Of a DNA stretch of 64,000 bases, positions 58,075 to 64,000 are shown piece by piece. Below the pieces are notes generated by a model. The model was given only the letters and a program-made list of their open reading frames with translations, ran no database searches and was not told where the DNA came from. This stretch comes from an uncultured Chloroflexia bacterium (lineage in GTDB: Bacteria; Chloroflexota; Chloroflexia; Thermomicrobiales; Thermomicrobiaceae): contig CAVUBN010000014.1 of the NCBI GenBank assembly GCA_963739715.1, positions 16,791-80,790 of the forward strand, written 5' to 3'. Within the stretch, counting starts at the first letter, position 1. Each line of letters begins with the position of its first letter. Made by a program: the position numbers and the translations under genes.

Positions 58075-60201
58075 ATGGCCGTCCGTCCACTGACAGAGGC
58101 AGTCCAGCAAGCAGAAGAAGCCATAAGCGGGGGAAATTATCAGCTTGCTGTGGAAACCTGCCGTCGTGTGCTGGGACAGTTCCCGGAATTCGCTACGGCG
58201 CACAGATTATTGGCAGAGGCATATCTTGAAGAGGGAGATGTCGCCGCAGCGGAGCGTGCATTCAATGAGACACTGCAGCGTGATCCCCAAAGTGCGGCTG
58301 CGTTTGCCGGATTGGCAACGATTGCTGATGGCCGGGGTGATAGCAACGGTGCGCTCGCCTATGCGCAAGCCGCCTGGGAGATCATGCCGCAACGGGAAGA
58401 TCTGCGAGATCGTGTCACCGTGCTGTCGGAGCGTCTGTTTGGCAAAGGTGGTCGCCTGCACCTAACTCGTGCGGCGCTGACCTCGCTGCATTTCCGCGCC
58501 GGTCGCTGGTCGCGCGCGGCAGCTGAAGCCGCCTCGGTTCTGGCCGAGCACCCAATGCGCGTGGACGTGCAACTCCGAATGGCCGAAGCGTTGTGGCGCC
58601 GCGGTAGTCTTCCTGCCGCAGCCAAAGCCTGCCGTGCTGTGCTGGACTCTGCTCCGTCAGCCGTGATGGCGTTACTGATGCTGGCGGATATAGAGCGGCG
58701 TCAGGGCAATCAGGAAACGGCAACGCAGCTGCTTGATCGTGCCCGCGCAATCGATCCGAATGGGGTTCACGCGGCAGACCTTGTCACCATTGGCGAGAAC
58801 GATCTGGCTGACTTCATTCTGCCTGCTAGAACCGCAGAGTTCGACGACTCGGTGGAACTCACGACCGAGGTCGAGCGTCCTCGTATCGCTCCCGCTCCCG
58901 ACTTTAGCTGGACACAACCGACTGAAGTGGAGAAACCGGCGGAAGTTGACCGTCTCGTGGCGGAAACTTCGGTAGCGCCGGAGACAGTTGAGGCGTCGGC
59001 AGCAACTGATGAGGGCGGATTCGATGTGAGCCTGCCAGATGACGCTGAGATAGAGGCAGCGCGACCAACGGGTGAGCGCCCACACGGCTATACGTCGATG
59101 TTGGAGTCACTGCACGATGAGGGCTTGAAGCCCTTCCGGCTTGAGGGTGACGAAAGTGATGACTCAGATGAAGGGTTCGCCCCGGCTGCGGAAGCTACCA
59201 GTGCTGAAGAAGTCTTTGGTCTCGTGAGTGATGAAGAAATCGATGCAGCACGCCCACCGGATGAGCGCCCACACGGTTACACATCACTTCTCAACTCGCT
59301 TGATGAAAGCGGACTCTCCCCGTTTGAAGTGGAAGGGGAATCCGGTTATCCGACCGAACCAGCTGTGCCGACCGAGTCGGTCGCTGAAGTTGAGATGCCG
59401 ACCGCAGCGCCGGAATCGGTCGATTACGGAACCGATCTAACCGCTGGGTGGGACGACATCGATGCTGAGATTGAGCGTGCAACGCCTCCGGACGAGGCCT
59501 CCCTAAAAGACTACACTGGGCAACTGCGTGATCTCGATGAAATCGGAATTCAACCCTTCTCGATGGAGACGGTCGACGACGAAGTAAACGCTGAAGCGGA
59601 ATTTGCGGATGAGATCGATCTCGATGCATCTTATGGAGATGATCTAGCCTTCCTTGATGCCGCACCTGTGGCCGAAGGCGATCGGCCGGATCGGAACATG
59701 TCAATGTCGGTTGACGTTGATCTGACCGACGGTTGGGCCAGTATCGATGAAGAAATCCAGAACGCGATTCCGACCGAAACTCCGCCGGGTTATACCGATG
59801 AACTGAACGAGCTCAACGAGAGTGGTGTCGAGCCATTCTTCGTTGAGGCGGACGAGTTGGACCTCGACGAAGAAGTTGAAACCGAGGAATTGGTGGCCGA
59901 ATCCGGTGAGGACAGAGTACCGGATGATCTCGCCGTTGGTATCGACCTCTGGACGTTCGAAAACGAGCCCGACACAGTTGCTTCTAACATCGATACCGAC
60001 GCCACCCAGGTCGAGACTGAGGCTGTCTCCGACGCGGACCTGTTCGATTTCGCCGATACCGAGAGTGGCGACGAATCCCCATTCGAAGTGGTTGAAGAGT
60101 CGCAGCCAGCTGAACCAGCAGCCACTGCACCGGTTGATGAGCCGATCGAAGTGGTTGAAGAGTCGCAGCCAACTGAACTAGCTGGCAACTGCACCGGTTG
60201 A
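58075..60201 (+). CDS. TPR-repeat protein with long acidic repeat-containing region (first ORF of a probably single gene)
   Basis: N-terminal TPR-like helices. Four modules with GYT..L..L.E.G..PF. Ends inside a 63-bp tandem repeat. Confidence 0.8.
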   Translation: MAVRPLTEAVQQAEEAISGGNYQLAVETCRRVLGQFPEFATAHRLLAEAYLEEGDVAAAERAFNETLQRDPQSAAAFAGLATIADGRGDSNGALAYAQAAWEIMPQREDLRDRVTVLSERLFGKGGRLHLTRAALTSLHFRAGRWSRAAAEAASVLAEHPMRVDVQLRMAEALWRRGSLPAAAKACRAVLDSAPSAVMALLMLADIERRQGNQETATQLLDRARAIDPNGVHAADLVTIGENDLADFILPARTAEFDDSVELTTEVERPRIAPAPDFSWTQPTEVEKPAEVDRLVAETSVAPETVEASAATDEGGFDVSLPDDAEIEAARPTGERPHGYTSMLESLHDEGLKPFRLEGDESDDSDEGFAPAAEATSAEEVFGLVSDEEIDAARPPDERPHGYTSLLNSLDESGLSPFEVEGESGYPTEPAVPTESVAEVEMPTAAPESVDYGTDLTAGWDDIDAEIERATPPDEASLKDYTGQLRDLDEIGIQPFSMETVDDEVNAEAEFADEIDLDASYGDDLAFLDAAPVAEGDRPDRNMSMSVDVDLTDGWASIDEEIQNAIPTETPPGYTDELNELNESGVEPFFVEADELDLDEEVETEELVAESGEDRVPDDLAVGIDLWTFENEPDTVASNIDTDATQVETEAVSDADLFDFADTESGDESPFEVVEESQPAEPAATAPVDEPIEVVEESQPTELAGNCTG

Positions 60202-60209
60202 TGAACTTG
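60083..60209 (+). repeat. Two-unit tandem direct repeat (63 + 64 bp) inside the TPR gene
   Basis: TCGAAGTGGTTGAAGAGTCGCAGCC... recurs at 60083 and 60146. Unit 2 has one extra base. Confidence 0.8.
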
Positions 60210-60802
60210 TGGATGAGCAGATCTTGACGAGCGAGCCGCAGGCGGCCTCGTTGGTCGAGACCGACCTGGTCGAGCCGGTCGTGGAAGATCTCCCGGTAGA
60301 ATCTGCTGTCTCGCCTGTGGCTGACAAATGGCCGGAAGAGGCCGTACGAGCGGCCATCGCGCATCTCGGAGTCGACGCGCTGCTCTTTGACCGCGTTCGC
60401 GGAGCCAAGGCGCAGCTGATGGAATCTGGCCGAATTCAGGGTGATCAGTTGCTTCCGGGTGTCGAACCACCAGGCCCATCGCTCGAGATGCTGGAGCAGA
60501 TGGTTCAGGAGAACGCTGAAGATCAGGATCTGCGGCGACAGTTCGCGGAAGCGCTCCTTGCAGTCGAGGCGTTTGAGCGTGCGTTCTCTGAATACCAATG
60601 GATGTTCCGGAAGCGACTGAGCTTCGACGATCAGGATCTGAGCAATCTGAACCAGGTCACTGATCGTGGCAGAGAGCACCAGGTGGCGGGTCACCGCCTT
60701 CTGGGAGCGATCTATCGGAGATCGGGAAATTTCGGCCTGTCGGCACACCATTACCAGTTATCGCTCTCGGGTTACCGTGGTGACGTGGGGAAAGAGGCCT
60801 AG
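60209..60802 (+). CDS. C-terminal continuation of the TPR/acidic protein (second ORF)
   Basis: In frame with unit 1 of the repeat once the extra base is removed. Acidic N-terminus, then helical TPR-like segment (LRRQFAEALLAVEAFERA). Confidence 0.6.
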   Translation: MDEQILTSEPQAASLVETDLVEPVVEDLPVESAVSPVADKWPEEAVRAAIAHLGVDALLFDRVRGAKAQLMESGRIQGDQLLPGVEPPGPSLEMLEQMVQENAEDQDLRRQFAEALLAVEAFERAFSEYQWMFRKRLSFDDQDLSNLNQVTDRGREHQVAGHRLLGAIYRRSGNFGLSAHHYQLSLSGYRGDVGKEA

Positions 60803-61135
60803 ATGGAAGAGCAACTTCTCTCGCTGCTGAATTATCAGGATATCCTGGGCGCGGTTGCCAGTACGCATGATGGGCTGGTCGTGGCGTCGTCAGGACTCGA
60901 GATGCTGGACGCAGAGATGGTCGCGGCGGCCGCCTCAGCATTGGTGTCCGGCGCTGGCGGCGATGATCCAGCGCTGGCGATCGACTTGGACGGGGGTTCG
61001 TTGTTCCTGACACGAGGCGAAGAGCTGATGCTGGTGGTATTAGCTGAGGGCTCAGTGGCACAAGATCCACTAGCGAACGTCATGCTTGAATCGGTCGCGG
61101 CGATCGACTCAGAACTCGCGGGTGACGGGCTATAA
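60803..61135 (+). CDS. Roadblock/LC7 (MglB-like) domain protein
   Basis: ILGAVASTHDGLVVASSG...LFLTRGEELMLVVLAE pattern. The ATG directly abuts the previous stop. Confidence 0.85.
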   Translation: MEEQLLSLLNYQDILGAVASTHDGLVVASSGLEMLDAEMVAAAASALVSGAGGDDPALAIDLDGGSLFLTRGEELMLVVLAEGSVAQDPLANVMLESVAAIDSELAGDGL

Positions 61136-61225
61136 ATCGAGCCGTAAGGCTGTGGTAGGCTTCGGACCGCTGGCCGTTTGGCTGGCGGTCTTGCTGTTAA
61201 AGATGTCGATCGTAGAGGAGTTGGT

Positions 61226-61678
61226 GTGGAGCGGACGCTCATCATTGTCAAGCCAGATGGAGTGCAACGCGGACTGATTGGTGAAGTTCTCGGTCGATTC
61301 GAACGTCGTGGTCTTAAGATTGTCGGTCTGAAGATGATGCAGATTTCCGGTGAACTAGCGCGGCGCCATTACGGCGTGCACGAAGGCAAGCCATTTTTTG
61401 CGGGGCTGGTTGATTTCATCACGTCGTCGCCGGTCGTGGTTGGAGTGCTTGAAGGACCGAACGCAATCGAGATCACCCGTTCCACCGTCGGGGCGACAAA
61501 CCCGGGAACCGCCACCCCTGGTACAATCCGCGCTGATTTCGGATTGACCATCGGACGCAACCTGATTCACGCCTCGGATGGTGCTGAGACCGCTCGGCAT
61601 GAGATCGAGCTGTTCTTTAAGTCTGAAGAACTAGTGAGCTACGAGCGTGCCATCGATACCTGGCTGATCGAAGACTAA
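61226..61678 (+). CDS. ndk: Nucleoside-diphosphate kinase
   Basis: ERTLIIVKPDGVQRGLIGE, GKPFF, NLIHASDG. GTG 61226 behind AGAGGAG. Confidence 0.93.
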   Translation: MERTLIIVKPDGVQRGLIGEVLGRFERRGLKIVGLKMMQISGELARRHYGVHEGKPFFAGLVDFITSSPVVVGVLEGPNAIEITRSTVGATNPGTATPGTIRADFGLTIGRNLIHASDGAETARHEIELFFKSEELVSYERAIDTWLIED

Positions 61679-61682
61679 CGAG

Positions 61683-61731
61683 GTTTCACGTGAAACGTTG
61701 CTTGGGTCCGTCCGGACGTTTCACGTGAAAC
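61683..61731. repeat. Two copies of the perfect 14-bp palindrome GTTTCACGTGAAAC, 35 bp centre to centre
   Basis: Copies at 61683-61696 and 61718-61731, flanking the palindrome GTCCGGAC. Begins 5 nt after the ndk stop. Confidence 0.6.
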
Positions 61732-61838
61732 ATTGAGTCCCAAAGGCAGATCCATCTCCTATATCAGGATCAGATCTCGCGATTATCTCTCACGGCGTAC
61801 CCACGTTCATCCTTCTCTTTCCGCCCGGAGGTCATCAA

Positions 61839-62510
61839 CTGGACGATATTCAGGAACTCAAGTCTCGTCTCTCACACGTTCTCTGGATCGGCGGCCCACC
61901 CGATTGCGGCAAGACTTCAGTTGCCGATCGGCTAGCGACCAAATACGGCCTGCAGGTTTATCATTTCGACCATCACGAGCCTGCCCATTTTAGCCGCGCT
62001 GATCCACATCACTCCCCCGCGCTCTTTCAGGCTCACCCCGATCGCCTAACAACCGAAGAACGTTGGCTCGGGTCGTCACCGCAGGAGATGGCGACCGCGA
62101 CGATCGCGAGCTGGACCGAACGTGTCTCGATGGCGATCGACGATATTCTCGCTATGTCATCGTCTTCGGGAATCGTCGCTGAAGGGCCCGGCTTCTTCCC
62201 GGAACGTCTTGCGCCAGTCTTGTCCGATCCGGCTCAGGCGATCTGGCTTGTTCCATCGACCGAGTTCAAGATCGCCTCGGCCATCCGCCGCAGCAAACCC
62301 GGCAACCGCGGGGAGACCTCCGATCCCGAACGAGCACAGCGCAATCTGATCGAACGGGATCTACTGATGGGAGAGCACATCCGTCGTACAGCTCAACAGC
62401 TCGGGCTCGCGACGTATGAAGTGGATGGATCCGAGGCTCTAGAGCACGTGTCACAGGCGGTGGAGGCGTATTTTGGGATTTTGCTAGAGGTGGCACCACA
62501 CGGCCACTAG
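61839..62510 (+). CDS. P-loop NTPase/kinase-like protein (start codon unresolved)
   Basis: The frame is open from 61737. Walker A WIGGPPDCGKTSVADRLA lies upstream of the first ATG (62088). No ATG/GTG/TTG occurs before it. Confidence 0.5.
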   Translation: MDDIQELKSRLSHVLWIGGPPDCGKTSVADRLATKYGLQVYHFDHHEPAHFSRADPHHSPALFQAHPDRLTTEERWLGSSPQEMATATIASWTERVSMAIDDILAMSSSSGIVAEGPGFFPERLAPVLSDPAQAIWLVPSTEFKIASAIRRSKPGNRGETSDPERAQRNLIERDLLMGEHIRRTAQQLGLATYEVDGSEALEHVSQAVEAYFGILLEVAPHGH

Positions 62511-62608
62511 CTTGCGGCGAGAACGCACATTTACCGAACCCGCTGCAAGGGCGGTCGTGAACAACATCGCGCCCGAATTTGGAGTGGCGCGGATTCCGTC
62601 GAAATGCG

Positions 62609-63022
62609 CTAGCTGTCGGTGTGGTGGATCAGCAGCGGCTGCATGTTCCAGTGCGAGAGAAGCTCTGCCAGTAAATTTCGCAGCTGTTGAATCGTCAACG
62701 TCTCTGGAACCGGTCGTACTCCTCCGAACGGAACTCCGGAAAACTTCTCCTTGTTGGCGCTCGATCGGACGTCATTACGCCAGCCGACCATGTTGATCTG
62801 GGCGAAGATTTGCTGTCCGTCGGTCATAAAATAGAGGCCGTAGGCAGGATCGAGCATGATCCCAAAGTAGCCGCCAAAGTCAACATCATTCATGATGACC
62901 GGATAATCCGGCCCGGTTCTCGTCTCATACTCTTTGGCGACTTCCTGCAGCATCGGGAGAATCCGATCCCGTAACCGTCGCAAGGCTGCGACGCCGTTCA
63001 TCTCAGCTGATTCCGCGCTCAT
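62609..63022 (-). CDS. Hypothetical protein
   Basis: 137-aa ORF with protein-like composition. No recognised family. Confidence 0.55.
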   Translation of the reverse strand: MSAESAEMNGVAALRRLRDRILPMLQEVAKEYETRTGPDYPVIMNDVDFGGYFGIMLDPAYGLYFMTDGQQIFAQINMVGWRNDVRSSANKEKFSGVPFGGVRPVPETLTIQQLRNLLAELLSHWNMQPLLIHHTDS

Positions 63023-63085
63023 ACCGTCTATTCTCTCCTGATCGGTCGCTTTAGCCGGCCGAACGATGTATACAAACAGCCTGGG

Positions 63086-63865
63086 TCAGTCGCCACTCTC
63101 TGGGCGCATCCGTCTGCGGGACCGAGGGATATTGGCATTGCCTCCCCTGGTTGACAGACCAAAGATACGAAAGCCGATTCCGACCGCGGGCCCCACCACA
63201 AGAGCGAAGATGATCGTGCCGATGCCGAACGCTCCGCCGAGAATGATACCTATGATAACGACAACAACCTCGATCATCCAACGATTCACGTGCACAGGTA
63301 GCCCGGTAATCTCCGTCAGCGCCAGCATGAATGAGTCACGTGGCCCGGCTCCCAGCCCACTACTAATATACATGCCCGAGGCGAGCCCGATCACCACCAC
63401 GGCACCAACGAGCATCAGGAAGCGAAGCGGGTAGGGGCCAGCCTTATCGACAAGGCCGGTGCCGAGAATAACGTCGACGAAGAATCCGACCAGGATCATG
63501 TTCAAGACCGTGCCGATTCCCGGTGCGATCCCGACGATCCAACTTACCAGGAGCATGACGAGACCCGTGATTTGGGTTGCCTGACCAATGGTGATCGGGG
63601 TCTGTCGCGAGATTCCGTCACTCAGCACAGTCCAGGAGTTCGCTCCCAGGTTGCTCTGCAGGCTCAGTACTACCGCCACCGCGAAGAAGAAGAGACCGCC
63701 GATCAGGATCGTGAGACGGCCCGCTAGGTTGAGCCAGGTCGACACGTCCCAGCGCCGGATATCTCGCAGCCGAATCTCAGCCCGTCGATTCTGCGTCTTG
63801 GCTGCGGAACTGCGCGATCCCACCATTCGGCCTGTATCCCACCGTTGGTTCCGGGCGCGAGCCAC
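63086..63865 (-). CDS. YczE/YitT-like membrane protein
   Basis: GANSWTVLSDGIS, GLGAGPRDSFMLAL, GGAFGIGTIIFALVVGP. Confidence 0.8.
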   Translation of the reverse strand: MARARNQRWDTGRMVGSRSSAAKTQNRRAEIRLRDIRRWDVSTWLNLAGRLTILIGGLFFFAVAVVLSLQSNLGANSWTVLSDGISRQTPITIGQATQITGLVMLLVSWIVGIAPGIGTVLNMILVGFFVDVILGTGLVDKAGPYPLRFLMLVGAVVVIGLASGMYISSGLGAGPRDSFMLALTEITGLPVHVNRWMIEVVVVIIGIILGGAFGIGTIIFALVVGPAVGIGFRIFGLSTRGGNANIPRSRRRMRPESGD

Positions 63866-64000
63866 CGCCCACCAGTTCGGGCCCGCCGCACTATACCACG
63901 CACCGTTACGTCACTCGTCACCGAGCGATAGACGGACATTTAGCGTAACAACGCGCCCAAACTCATACTTGATACGTTGAAAACATCGACAGTGCGAACG

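Noticed and set aside
1-64000. Search by eye for CRISPR arrays, rRNA, tRNA, integrases or phage structural genes
   Set aside because: I saw no regularly spaced direct repeats, rRNA-like stretches, clean cloverleafs or integrase/recombinase ORFs. Absence by eye is not proof, so tRNAscan, Infernal and CRISPR finders should confirm.

Overview
GC-rich (about 58-60% by eye) bacterial chromosomal window with roughly 60 protein-coding genes. I found no rRNA, tRNA or CRISPR array by eye. GGAGG-type RBSs, frequent ATGA start/stop overlaps and the gene content (F420-type LLM oxidoreductase, Pmp/choice-of-anchor-like beta-helix protein, DUF2249/DUF1858/hemerythrin operon) fit a Chloroflexota/Thermomicrobia-like or actinobacterial genome, but the taxon cannot be fixed from this window. 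All family calls are motif recognition by eye on the supplied translations and need HMM or BLAST confirmation. Backbone genes include a HAD hydrolase, M20 peptidase, an HK/OmpR two-component pair, GtrA, MgtC, TrmH, a MidA-type methyltransferase, RpiB, an Ldh_2 dehydrogenase, tandem USP, SerA, GNAT, PanE, a sugar-porter MFS, a P3A H+-ATPase, a P1B metal ATPase, Qng1 and Ndk. The most notable signals are: (1) an array of DnaA boxes (two perfect TGTGGATAA 21 bp apart plus five near-matches) beside a 27%-GC tract at 54.4-54.7 kb, a candidate oriC or DnaA-titration site with no dnaA in the window; (2) a Tet(M)/OtrA-type ribosomal-protection gene and a heterodimeric ABC exporter pair, each preceded by a copy of the same promoter, leader-peptide ORF and hairpin, where the ABC copy retains a 69-codon relic of the protection gene ending in an ATGA overlap with the ABC start; (3) a tightly packed Crp/Fnr, DUF1858, ferredoxin, DUF59, DUF1858-DUF2249, 12-TM protein, DUF2249, hemerythrin operon, which together with most of the intact panE gene lies between 128-bp direct repeats of a panE fragment; (4) a DUF4157 (HExxH) gene followed by about 1.1 kb of lower-GC, frame-hopping coding remnants; (5) a TPR protein with four acidic GYT-L-L-E-G-PF modules and a 63-bp tandem repeat carrying a +1 frameshift, followed by a Roadblock/LC7 gene and ndk; (6) an unusually high number of single-indel or deletion-disrupted genes (HAD nucleotidase, serA, GNAT, the protection GTPase, add, the TPR gene). 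These are either genuine decay or sequencing indels, and the window alone cannot tell which.
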